From an uncultured delta proteobacterium (GTDB lineage: Bacteria > Desulfobacterota > Zymogenia > Zymogenales > Zymogenaceae), in assembly GCA_963809875.1 (NCBI GenBank), contig CAWELC010000005.1, forward strand, positions 152,836-216,835: 64,000 nt of DNA. The letters are read 5' to 3'. The position numbers and the translations under genes were made by a program. Position 1 is the stretch's first letter. Every line of letters starts with the position of its first letter. Shown in pieces: positions 54,515 through 63,428 of the stretch. Under the pieces are notes generated by a model. The model ran no database searches, had not been told where the DNA came from, and was given only the letters and a program-made list of their open reading frames with translations.

Positions 54515-56498
54515 GATTCTCGCGGCGCTCTGCGTCCTCTTCCTGCTGCCGTTGGCCGCCGGTCAGGCCCGCGCCGAGAAGGGGACACTGCCGCCGATGC
54601 CTGATACGAAGATCACCGTGCCCTGGGACGACTTCGTGAGGATGATGGAGGGGTTAGCGTCGCATCCGGCCCCTCCCGTTCCTCCCCCGCCGACCGACCT
54701 GGCCGTCGGGCGGGCGTCCTACACCATGCGCATTGTGCCGGGCCGGCTCGAGACCGCGGTGACCCTTGATGTGAGGAGTTACGGGGACGGCTGGCACGAG
54801 ATCTTCGTCGCCGGACGGGATACCCCTCTGATCTCCCTTACCGTCGACGGCATTGATGCGGTGACCCTGGTGAAAGACGACGGGGTATGGGCGGCCCTGC
54901 CGGGAGAAGGAAAAAGGACGATCCGGGCACTCCTCGTCACGGAGGCCCCCGATACCCCCGGACCCCACACGGTGGCGATCCCGGGTCCGACCGCGGCGGC
55001 CAGGGAAATCGACCTGAGCTACCCGCGCAATTACACGGACGTGGGGGTCGGCGGGGTGGTCACCGCGTCGATGCCGGGGAGGCTCTCGGCGGTCTTGGCG
55101 GGCGGCGGCAGCATCGAGGTCTCCTATACCGTGGCCGCCGTGGAGAAGATAGAGACCACCGGGAAGAAGGCCACGGGCCCTCCCGTGGTGACCGCGCAGC
55201 TCTTCACGGCCATGGATATCGAAGAAGAGGCGATCCTCCTTTCGGTCCGCATCGACTATGAGGTGAAGAACGGCCCCGTACGGTCGTTTCGGGTGAGTCT
55301 TCCCCAGGGCTTTGACCTCCTGGACGTAAAGGGCGACGGTATCGCCTCCTGGGAGACATCTCAGGACCGCACGGGGCTTACCGCTGCGATCGGTTACGAT
55401 GTTTCCGGCCCCTACTCCCTTTTTCTCTCCTTTGAGAAGGCAATGAGCGACGAGCTTGGCTCGATCGAATTTCCCCGGGTTGTCCCCGCGGGCGCGGAGC
55501 GGTCGACGGGATACGTGACGGTCGTCTCGGGAGGGGGCTTTGAAGTCACCGAGCTCAAGTCAAAGCTCCTCACGCCCCGGGATCCTACCGAGCTCCCGGA
55601 AGGGGTCTTTTCGCTCTCGGCGCTGCCGCCTATACTGGCCTACCGCTTCACCGACCCCCGTTACAGCCTCACGGTGGGGATTCGAAAAGGGGAGGCCCTG
55701 TCGGCGCTTTCGGGCTTTGCCGATTCGGCAAACTCCGTTATCCTCGTGACGGCGGACGGCAAGATGGTCGTCAGGACCAACTACTTCGTGCGAAACAGGA
55801 ACCTCCAGTTCCTCACGATCGTCCTGCCGCCGGAGTCCGTCCTCTGGTCGGCGACGACAAACGGCGTCCCGACAAAGCCGTCCACGGACAAGAAGGGAGT
55901 CGTCCTGGTCCCCCTTCCGATGGGCTCGGGCGGCGCCGACGGGCCGTCCGTGGTCTCCGTCGTTATATTTGTGCCGACACCCACTCTGGGGTGGGCCGGC
56001 CGGCTCTTTCTGCCGCTGCCGCGGCTTGAAATTCCGACCGGCCAGGTAATGGCGACCTTTTACCTCCCGGAGGGTATGAGCTATCTTTCCTTCGGCGGCG
56101 ACATGGAGCAGATCAAATATTTCACGGAGCTGCTCTCACCCGGCTCATCCGAAAGCTTCGTCGAGGAGAACCTGCGCCTGCGTAAATCCGTCTACGAGCG
56201 GCAGGAAGACCTTGAAAACGTCATAAACGAACAGCAGCAGATGCCCGATAAGGGGGGCGCGGGGCTGCCGCCGGCGCCCGAGGGATTCGACCTGCCGCTT
56301 TCGGGGAAGGTCTATCGGTTCGTGAAACTGATAACGATGGGCGAGGAGACGAGCGTAGTCGCCACCTACGTCGATCTGCGCCTCCTCGTCGCAGGCATCC
56401 TGCTCCTGCTGATCGTGGTTGGAGGAGGGGCTCTTCGATACAGGCGGAAGTTACGGAGTATAGTGACCGGCCGAACCGGGGACAGGGATATCCGCTAG
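54504..56498 (+). CDS. Large secreted / C-terminally membrane-anchored protein of unknown function (paralog B)
   Basis: Signal peptide MRNKILAALCVLFLLPLAAGQARA. It has the same ITVPWDDF plus PAPPVPPPP motif order and the same C-terminal TM anchor as paralog A. It overlaps A's stop by 11 nt. Confidence 0.55.
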   Translation: MRNKILAALCVLFLLPLAAGQARAEKGTLPPMPDTKITVPWDDFVRMMEGLASHPAPPVPPPPTDLAVGRASYTMRIVPGRLETAVTLDVRSYGDGWHEIFVAGRDTPLISLTVDGIDAVTLVKDDGVWAALPGEGKRTIRALLVTEAPDTPGPHTVAIPGPTAAAREIDLSYPRNYTDVGVGGVVTASMPGRLSAVLAGGGSIEVSYTVAAVEKIETTGKKATGPPVVTAQLFTAMDIEEEAILLSVRIDYEVKNGPVRSFRVSLPQGFDLLDVKGDGIASWETSQDRTGLTAAIGYDVSGPYSLFLSFEKAMSDELGSIEFPRVVPAGAERSTGYVTVVSGGGFEVTELKSKLLTPRDPTELPEGVFSLSALPPILAYRFTDPRYSLTVGIRKGEALSALSGFADSANSVILVTADGKMVVRTNYFVRNRNLQFLTIVLPPESVLWSATTNGVPTKPSTDKKGVVLVPLPMGSGGADGPSVVSVVIFVPTPTLGWAGRLFLPLPRLEIPTGQVMATFYLPEGMSYLSFGGDMEQIKYFTELLSPGSSESFVEENLRLRKSVYERQEDLENVINEQQQMPDKGGAGLPPAPEGFDLPLSGKVYRFVKLITMGEETSVVATYVDLRLLVAGILLLLIVVGGGALRYRRKLRSIVTGRTGDRDIR

Positions 56499-56656
56499 GG
56501 GTCCGTCGGGACATCGGCGATATCACGACAACTGCCGGGGCCTTTCGGGTCGGTGCCGGGCGACAGCTATCCGATGCAGGGAGAGACCGCCTTTCAGTGG
56601 TGCTGCCCCCTCACATTTTTAGTTGACTTATTTCACGTCGATCCTACAATGGTGGC

Positions 56657-57412
56657 ATGGAGCTCACCATCCTCGGATCGGGAACCATCGTCGTGTCCCT
56701 GACGCGCTGGTCGCCCGCGTACCTCCTGAGGGCATGCGGCAAGACCATCCTTATCGACCTCGGGCCGGGCGCGCTGAGGCGTATGGTGGAGGCCGGCTCG
56801 GGCATCCTCGATATCGACGCGATCTGTCTTTCCCACTTTCATCCCGACCACGTCGCCGACTTCGTGCCGCTCGTTTTCGCCTCCAAATACGCCGTGGGAA
56901 GCTGCCGCGCCCGGGATCTGACCGTTATCGCTCCCCCGGGGTTCGGTGAATTTTACGCGGGTCTCATCGAGGTCTTCGGCGACTGGATCGTACCCGAGGC
57001 TTACCGGCTCGATATCCGGGAGGCCGACGGCTCGATTGTTGACCTCGGGGCCTGTTGTGTAACGACCGTTTCGGTCAACCACAGTCCCGAGAGTATCGCC
57101 TATCGTTTTGAGGGTGAAGGCGCTTCGCTCGTCTACTCGGGAGACACCGACTGGTCCGACGGCCTCGTCACCCTGGCGCGGGGGGCGGACCTCCTTCTCC
57201 TCGAGTGCTCGTTTCCGGACGACATGAAGGTGCCCGGCCATCTGACTCCCTCGGAGGCGGGAAGGCTCGCCCGTGATGCACGCGTGTCGCACCTGGTCCT
57301 GACGCACCTCTACCCCCCGGTGGAAAACGTGGATATCGTATCGATCGCGGGGGCCTCGTTTACGGGCAGGATCACCGTGGCCGAGGACCTGATGGTTATA
57401 CCGGTGGGCTAA
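56657..57412 (+). CDS. MBL-fold metallo-hydrolase (RNase Z/beta-lactamase superfamily)
   Basis: HFHPDH metal-binding motif and downstream His/Asp ligands. 251 aa. Confidence 0.75.
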   Translation: MELTILGSGTIVVSLTRWSPAYLLRACGKTILIDLGPGALRRMVEAGSGILDIDAICLSHFHPDHVADFVPLVFASKYAVGSCRARDLTVIAPPGFGEFYAGLIEVFGDWIVPEAYRLDIREADGSIVDLGACCVTTVSVNHSPESIAYRFEGEGASLVYSGDTDWSDGLVTLARGADLLLLECSFPDDMKVPGHLTPSEAGRLARDARVSHLVLTHLYPPVENVDIVSIAGASFTGRITVAEDLMVIPVG

Positions 57413-57550
57413 ATAGGCCGGCCTTTCGGCGCTTGAGCTTCCGGTTACCGGGATAGGACGAGATAAATTCACGCACCCGCTGTCACACGTCAGAGGCCGG
57501 CGCGGGTCACCGGCGTCGGCTCCGGGGTAGGTCGCCCGCTTCCCGGAAGG

Positions 57551-59134
57551 CTAATCCGCCTCGGGGGGGTCTTTGGGAGAATATTTTTCCACCAGCGCGT
57601 ACTTCGTCACCTTGCCGACGCTGTTACGGGGAAGCGTCGTCGTGAAGATGATCCGACCCGGCACCTCGTTCGGCGAGAGCCGCTCCCGACACCAGTCGAC
57701 CAATACCCGGTCGCTCGTGTCCTTCCTCGGATCCCTTACCACTACCGCCACCACCCGCTCTCCCGATGGGTAGTCGGGCAAACCGATCACCGCGGCGTCC
57801 ATAACGCCCTCATGGGACGTGAGCACCTCTTCAATGCCCGGAGCGAAGACCGTTCCTCCCGCCGTCACGATCATGTCTTCTCTCCTGCCCAGGAAATAGA
57901 GACACTCGTCTTCGTCCAGGCGGCCCCAGTCACCGGTGTAGAACCAGCCGTCACGATAGGCCGCCCTGGTCCTTTCCTCGTTCTTAAAATATCCCGGGGC
58001 GGCGGTGAGCGCCCGACAGATGATCTGGCCGATCTGACCGGTCGGTACGTCGCGGCCCTTCTCGTCGACGACGCGCAGCTCGGTCCCGAAGCAGCGGGTC
58101 CCCACGGAGGCGGGGTTGGCGCGCTTCTGATCCGGTCCCGCGTGCGCGATGATACCGGCCTCCTGCAGGGCGTAAAACTCGTAGATGTTGGGGCAGATTC
58201 GCTCCCTCACCTCGCGCTGCAGGGCGACGGGAAAGGGGCTGGCCGAAAACGCGATTCCTCTCAGCGACGAGAGATCGTATCGGTCCAGCTGCGGGATCTT
58301 CAGCAGGACCGATGCGACGATAGGAGTCCAGAACGTTATGGTGACGCGCTCCTCTTGGATGATCTTGAGGATTCCCGAGAGGTCGGTAACGTCAGGCTGA
58401 AACAGGACGTTTCGCGCACCGACCAGAAAGCCGGCGCCGTACCACCCCAGGCCCGCCCTGCCGTAGAGCGGAAAGACGGTCAGAATCACATCGGTGCCCG
58501 TGAGGTCGTGCATCGCCGTGAAAAGGCCCAGCGCATTGAGCCCGTTGCCGTGGGTAAGGGGGAAGACCTTCTGCACGCCGGTCGTGCGGGAGGTAGTGTC
58601 GATGCACTGGATGTCGTCGGAATCTACCTCAATAAAGGGAAGCGTGGCGGGACAGCCCCAAATCAATTCTTCATAGGGCAGGGCGGTTTCGGCCGTCTGT
58701 TTGCCGATACAGATGAAGGTCTCGATATCGGGCAGCGCCTTTCTGACCTCGGCCGCGGTCGGGGCGTAGATGTCCTCAAACAGAAAGAGCCGGGCACCGA
58801 CGAACCTGAGATATTCGACGATCTGATCGGGGCCGAACCCCCACTGGAGGGGCACGGCGACGGCTCCGATCTTAACGAGGGCGCCGTATATCTCTCCGGC
58901 CTCGGCCCGATTCCTGCACTGAAAGGCGCAGTGGTCGCCCTTTTGTATCCCCAGCGAGAGCAGGGCGTTGGCCAGACGATTCATCCGCTCGTTCACCTCG
59001 CGGAACGAGAAGCGCCGGCCCGTCATCGAGCAGAAGACGGCCTCACGATCCCGATAGCGGGCGGCCGCGGTCTTGGGGAGGTTTGACTGGGTTACCTGCG
59101 ACGCCCGAAAGAGTGATCGATCGATCCGGCTCAT
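57551..59134 (-). CDS. AMP-dependent synthetase/ligase (acyl-CoA synthetase / adenylate-forming enzyme)
   Basis: Adenylation-superfamily motifs (TSRTTGVQK..; YGRAG..; TGD.GR.DEDG; C-terminal lysine motif PRNSVGKV). Start taken at the ATG at 59134, which overlaps the peptidase stop (ATGA). Confidence 0.75.
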   Translation of the reverse strand: MSRIDRSLFRASQVTQSNLPKTAAARYRDREAVFCSMTGRRFSFREVNERMNRLANALLSLGIQKGDHCAFQCRNRAEAGEIYGALVKIGAVAVPLQWGFGPDQIVEYLRFVGARLFLFEDIYAPTAAEVRKALPDIETFICIGKQTAETALPYEELIWGCPATLPFIEVDSDDIQCIDTTSRTTGVQKVFPLTHGNGLNALGLFTAMHDLTGTDVILTVFPLYGRAGLGWYGAGFLVGARNVLFQPDVTDLSGILKIIQEERVTITFWTPIVASVLLKIPQLDRYDLSSLRGIAFSASPFPVALQREVRERICPNIYEFYALQEAGIIAHAGPDQKRANPASVGTRCFGTELRVVDEKGRDVPTGQIGQIICRALTAAPGYFKNEERTRAAYRDGWFYTGDWGRLDEDECLYFLGRREDMIVTAGGTVFAPGIEEVLTSHEGVMDAAVIGLPDYPSGERVVAVVVRDPRKDTSDRVLVDWCRERLSPNEVPGRIIFTTTLPRNSVGKVTKYALVEKYSPKDPPEAD

Positions 59135-59577
59135 GACCTCATAGTCTCCTGACCGAACAATGAGAGAGAACGTGCGCGTATCCACCGCGCGGCCTTCCCC
59201 AGCCTTCCCTTGACGATTCCTGCGGTCAGGTTTCTCCGCGAAAGGGCGGCCGTCACGCCCCCAAAGCGGGGCCGGACGAGACGGCGGTCAGAACGGGAAA
59301 CCATGATGACCCTGAGGATGCCCCCGGGAGGGACGGCGGTGGGTGGGTCCGGGTAGGTGAGATTGTCTCCCTTGGTGACGATGACTGGCGGACTCACGCT
59401 CCGGTCGACGCCGATTATCCTGTGGACGACCAGCTCCTTCTTTCGGGGGACGCAGACGATATCGCCGATTGCGCAGTCGGCGGGCCGGACGGTATCAAGG
59501 ATCAGGGTATCGCCCGGGCGGAGTGCCGGGTACATGCTGTATCCCTGAAAAGCGATGCGTCGGTAGTCCATCGTCAT
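59131..59577 (-). CDS. S26-family signal-peptidase-I-like peptidase (short, no obvious TM anchor)
   Basis: Start trimmed to MTMDYRR. The Ser box is GYSMYPAL. The Lys/Arg box is GDIVCVPRKKELVVHRIIGV, matching the SPase I/TraF arrangement. Confidence 0.55.
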   Translation of the reverse strand: MTMDYRRIAFQGYSMYPALRPGDTLILDTVRPADCAIGDIVCVPRKKELVVHRIIGVDRSVSPPVIVTKGDNLTYPDPPTAVPPGGILRVIMVSRSDRRLVRPRFGGVTAALSRRNLTAGIVKGRLGKAARWIRARSLSLFGQETMRS

Positions 59578-59614
59578 ACGTTCATGTGCGGCAAACGGGA
59601 CGGGCGCGGCCGAA

Positions 59615-59869
59615 TTAGGGCGCCTTCCCGTAGTTGCAGCGCACCGCGGTGGCGCCGTCGCGGCAGTTTTGCGGCGTGGCCGAAGGGCCCTGTGCGCACG
59701 CAACCGTCGCCTGGGCTCCGCCGGAGCACTGGCTTGTCGCCTGGGCGCCCGTGGTGCACTGTCCGGTGGCCTGTCCTCCCGTAAGGCATTTCGACTGGCC
59801 CACCGCCTGGGTGTAGTCCACCTGCAGATCGACTATTTTCGGGGGCGCATACGGCTTTTTTGTTTTCAT
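59615..59869 (-). CDS. Candidate RiPP precursor peptide A (84 aa): leader MKTKKPYAPPKIVDLQVDYTQAVG + 6-Cys core with decapeptide repeats
   Basis: ATG at 59869. The core is QSKCLTGGQATGQCTTGAQATSQCSGGAQATVACAQGPSATPQNCRDGATAVRCNYGKAP. Cys spacing is 10/10/10/11/9. Each Cys is preceded by an Ala-Thr dipeptide 4-5 residues upstream. Confidence 0.6.
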   Translation of the reverse strand: MKTKKPYAPPKIVDLQVDYTQAVGQSKCLTGGQATGQCTTGAQATSQCSGGAQATVACAQGPSATPQNCRDGATAVRCNYGKAP

Positions 59870-59981
59870 CAGGAAATCACCAAAAAATTTATTACGGACG
59901 TAAAGGTATAAAAGACAATTGTCACATGATCCGCGGTCGCCGTCCCGGTCCTGTGTGAGCGGGACACCGACGCATCCTCCA

Positions 59982-60206
59982 TTATCCGGATAGTATTGAG
60001 TGGGGTGCGGCGCCATGAATGCATGTCGACGACGTCGCCTTATGACCCATGCTGCATTGATTGTTCGCGCTGTTTCCGCGTGAGCACCGGGCCGCCGCGC
60101 CCTGGCCGGTCGCGCACCGCGACGCGCCCACCGCCTGGGTATAGTCGACCTGCAAATCGATGATCTGAGGCGGCTCATACGGTTTTGTGGGTTTCTTATC
60201 CTTCAT
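59982..60206 (-). CDS. Candidate RiPP precursor peptide B (74 aa): near-identical leader, divergent 4-Cys core
   Basis: ATG at 60206 with a GGGAGA RBS. The leader is MKDKKPTKPYEPPQIIDLQVDYTQAVG. The core is ASRCATGQGAAARCSRGNSANNQCSMGHKATSSTCIHGAAPHSILSG (Cys spacing 10/10/11). Confidence 0.55.
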   Translation of the reverse strand: MKDKKPTKPYEPPQIIDLQVDYTQAVGASRCATGQGAAARCSRGNSANNQCSMGHKATSSTCIHGAAPHSILSG

Positions 60207-61157
60207 GAGGCATCTCCCTGAAGAAAGGGGTGGGCTTGAAATCCCTGGTAAATACCAGCGTCCACGAGGGTTGGTTTTGACACAGCTGCCCTGCGATGCC
60301 GAACGCCCTGAGCGCCGCGTTGCGGCACATGTACCGAAAGAAATGGATGTGATTGGATAACAACATCGCCATGGCCCGGCCCGGCGACAGATCGGCGATC
60401 CGGTCTTCGTTGCCCTTTTCGAGGAAGAGGATGCGCCTGAGAGGAACCGGGCCCGCGACTTCCGCCCCGGGGCGATCTGTGAAAAAGGGGTCGGGAAGAG
60501 AGAGAACGTCCCGCCGGTTTGCGAACACCAGGACCCGTCGTCGGAAAGCACCGCCCCCGGATCCGCCGCGGCTATTGTGCTCTTACCTGCGCCCGAGCTT
60601 CCGACGCAGAGATAGCCCGCGCCGTCCAGGACCAGCGACGCGGCGTGGAGCATCAGTGCGCCGAAATCCGGCGCGCAGACCGCCAGCAGTCCCTGCAGCA
60701 CAGGCGTCAGCGGTGACTCACCGTCCGAATCTTCCTCGACCCTCACGAGGGCCTCCGCCTGTCGGAGCCGGTGATCCACCACCACGAGAAAACAGGGGTG
60801 TGGAATGACCGAGACATCCCCCGAATCGAGATCAGCCAGAAGCGGCAGAGACGCCCCCCCGTCCTTAGCCTGCCGTTTCCTTCCCTGGTTTCCGAACCAT
60901 ATCCTGTTAAAAGGGAACCTCTGTTCGATCGTTTGCGCGATGCGACGGGTGTGTGCAAGGGCTTCAGGTGACAGTATCTCATCCCAGGACTCCCCAACGG
61001 CCCGCCTGATCGACAGATCAATGCCGACTCGATCCCGCCGATGCGTTAAGTGGGACGTATGACCTTTCAACCCACGGCCGGCGTCATTCATCAGCTTACC
61101 CGCAGGATCGTTGACGAAGGTGACCTGTACCGATACCCCTCCGACCGTGACGATCAT
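60196..61157 (-). CDS. P-loop protein resembling HPr-kinase C-terminal domain-like kinases, apparent frameshift near 60525
   Basis: Walker A VGSSGAGKST. The C-terminal part continues in ORF 60196..60528 (VFANRRDVLSLPDPFF...) in another frame. ATGA overlap with the upstream rSAM gene, and its stop overlaps the precursor B start. Confidence 0.45.
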
Positions 61158-62242
61158 CTTTCCACCATCCTGCCGGGCGGGAAAAGACCCTTTTCATAGG
61201 CTTCCTCGCATACCCAGTGCGGGGCGCTCAGGCTTCCCGACAATACGTACGCGTCAGCCCGACATGAACCAAGACAGATTCCTGCCATGAAGCATCGGCC
61301 GCATATTCCCTCCATTCGACGGGGTACAATCTCTCGAAGTCGCCCGAGAACGTGACTGCTTTTCCACACCTGGGCCAGGTCGTCGGTGCGGATGTTGCCC
61401 ATAGTAAGCGACCGCTCTTCCCGTCCGATACCGCAGATCGAGATATCACCGCCGGCCAGAATGCCGATAATGTTCAGTATATAGCACTGGGCGTTTCTTC
61501 CGTCAAAGAGGTGCGAGATCGGTTTGAGGGCCGAAGGGACGGTAAAGAATGTATCTATGCCGTAGCTCGCGGCCAGCTCCCCTTCCACCCACGCACAGAG
61601 GGCCAGCAGCTCTTCAACCGGCAGGGTCTGCCCCTGATCCTTCAAGCTCCCGCCCCTCCCAACGGGGGTGACGGGGTTGATCTTCACGGAACGCGCCCCG
61701 AGCCGTTGGGCCATCTCGACCAATCCCTCGATGTCCGCGGCGTTGTCACGAACGAGGCTCATGATCACCTGAACGGCGATACCCTCTGCCGCCAGAAACT
61801 CAACGCCAGCGGCCGCCCTATTCAGGGCCCCATCTACCCCCCGGAAGCTATCATGGAACGACGCCCGGTGACTGTCAATGCTCACGCTTACGGAACGGAT
61901 GCCATGGTCTTTCAGGAAGGCGGCGGCCTTCCGGTCGATCAGTGTCCCGTTGGTCTCGATCGATGCAGAAAGACCGCTGACGTCCAGCAGCCTGACAATG
62001 TCGAAAACGTCTTCGTTCAGAAACGGCTCCCCCCCGGTGAGCTTGACGCGGGAAAGTCCCAGGGGCCGGGCCGCATCGATGATTTTTTTGACGTCTGCCG
62101 TCGTCAGACGATCACGTACGGCTTCCTGTTGGGGAGTGAAGCTGGGGGATATCCAACAGTGGGCGCAGCGGAGATTACATCCTCCCGAAAGGTACAGGTA
62201 GGCGTGGATCAGAGGATATGCGGGCGTCCTATCGGCTCGCAT
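61154..62242 (-). CDS. Radical SAM / SPASM-domain peptide-modifying enzyme 1
   Basis: Start MRADR at 62242 (GAGGAGGA RBS). CNLRCAHCW (CxxxCxxC) radical SAM motif. C-terminal Cys-rich auxiliary-cluster region (CGIG..., CGRCFMAGICLGSC). Confidence 0.8.
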   Translation of the reverse strand: MRADRTPAYPLIHAYLYLSGGCNLRCAHCWISPSFTPQQEAVRDRLTTADVKKIIDAARPLGLSRVKLTGGEPFLNEDVFDIVRLLDVSGLSASIETNGTLIDRKAAAFLKDHGIRSVSVSIDSHRASFHDSFRGVDGALNRAAAGVEFLAAEGIAVQVIMSLVRDNAADIEGLVEMAQRLGARSVKINPVTPVGRGGSLKDQGQTLPVEELLALCAWVEGELAASYGIDTFFTVPSALKPISHLFDGRNAQCYILNIIGILAGGDISICGIGREERSLTMGNIRTDDLAQVWKSSHVLGRLREIVPRRMEGICGRCFMAGICLGSCRADAYVLSGSLSAPHWVCEEAYEKGLFPPGRMVER

Positions 62243-63428
62243 ATGAATCCTCCTCTTCACGGAGCCTGAGGCAACAGGACGGGTCCCGGGCGAGCGTCGT
62301 GCCGGAGGCGGCCAGCGCCGACGCGGCGCACCCCCCCGTGCAATAGGGGGCATACCGGCAGTCGGTGCAGGTAGGAAGGCTCGCGACCGGGGTAACGAAA
62401 CGCGCCCGAAATTCCTGAAACAGAGGCGATTTCCTCCATATCTCGTCAAGGCCGGTATCCAGGACGTTGCCTGCCACAAGCTCGGTGAGGCGGTCGCACG
62501 GAGTCGCAAACCCATCGGGTCGGATCGCGCATTCCGTGCGCAGCGCGCCGCATCCCGAAAGGCAGTTTATGTCCGCGTCGGCGGGGTTCTCTTTTTCGGC
62601 ACATACCGAGCGAATAGTCGCAAAGATGTCTTCTATTTCGAGGAAGGTGCCGGAGATCGTGGGATTGGCCTCTTTCAGTTCCCTGAGAGACGCCGTGACC
62701 TCGCGTCGTTCTTCGGCGGAGAGACCGAGCTCGCCCCGGTTATCATGGCCCCGACCGAGCGTGATGAGCTCATTGAATTTCACGCCCCGAATGCCGAGCT
62801 CCCCGGCCAGTCTCACCACCTCTTCCAGCCGCCGAAAGTTCAGGCGAGTCACCGTGCAGTAGGCCGAGACCCGCCCGATCTGCCGGACCAGATGTCCCAG
62901 TCCCTCCTCCATCGCCCGGAATGCCCCGGGTCCCCGCAGGGCGTCGTGGACTTGTTCCGTGCCCCCGTCCAGGCTCACCATGACATCGGAGAGCTTTTCC
63001 CCGTATCTTCGGAGACGCCCGGCCGCCCCCGCGTCGATGAGCACGGCGTTCGTGTTAAGAGAGAAGCGGATCGGCTTTGAGAAAAGATGGTCGAGGATGG
63101 TAAAGATATCCTGCCGGGCGAACGGCTCTCCCCCGCTGATCTTGACCCGAAATACTTTAAGATCGGCGATATGGTCGATGAACGAAAGCCATTGGGAGGT
63201 GGTGAGGTCCGGCCCGTAGGAGAGGCCGTCTCCGTAGACGGCACAGTGGCGGCAGGCCAGGTTGCAGCGGGAAGTGATGGAGATAAAGAGTGACAGCGGC
63301 GCCCGCGGTATCCTCGGGGGGACGGGGTATATCTCTCCGGCTGCGGTGGCTGCTTTCTGCCTGCTCACGATAGTCTCTCCCTGTTGTTGGATCCGGGCAG
63401 AAGTCCCCGTCCGGAAGGCCTTACGCAA
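62229..63428 (-). CDS. Radical SAM / SPASM-domain peptide-modifying enzyme 2
   Basis: CNLACRHC radical SAM motif. C-terminal SPASM-like Cys cluster (CLSGCGALRTEC..PCD..CTDCRYAPYCTGGC). It overlaps both neighbours, which suggests translational coupling. Confidence 0.8.
   Translation of the reverse strand: MRKAFRTGTSARIQQQGETIVSRQKAATAAGEIYPVPPRIPRAPLSLFISITSRCNLACRHCAVYGDGLSYGPDLTTSQWLSFIDHIADLKVFRVKISGGEPFARQDIFTILDHLFSKPIRFSLNTNAVLIDAGAAGRLRRYGEKLSDVMVSLDGGTEQVHDALRGPGAFRAMEEGLGHLVRQIGRVSAYCTVTRLNFRRLEEVVRLAGELGIRGVKFNELITLGRGHDNRGELGLSAEERREVTASLRELKEANPTISGTFLEIEDIFATIRSVCAEKENPADADINCLSGCGALRTECAIRPDGFATPCDRLTELVAGNVLDTGLDEIWRKSPLFQEFRARFVTPVASLPTCTDCRYAPYCTGGCAASALAASGTTLARDPSCCLRLREEEDSYASR

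Noticed and set aside
59574-60178. Longer ORFs (59615..60178, 187 aa; 59982..61157, 391 aa) containing the precursor peptides
   Set aside because: The upstream extensions are Arg/Ala-rich read-through of GC-rich intergenic or HprK-like sequence. The conserved leader begins at an internal Met with an RBS in both cases, so the short forms were called.
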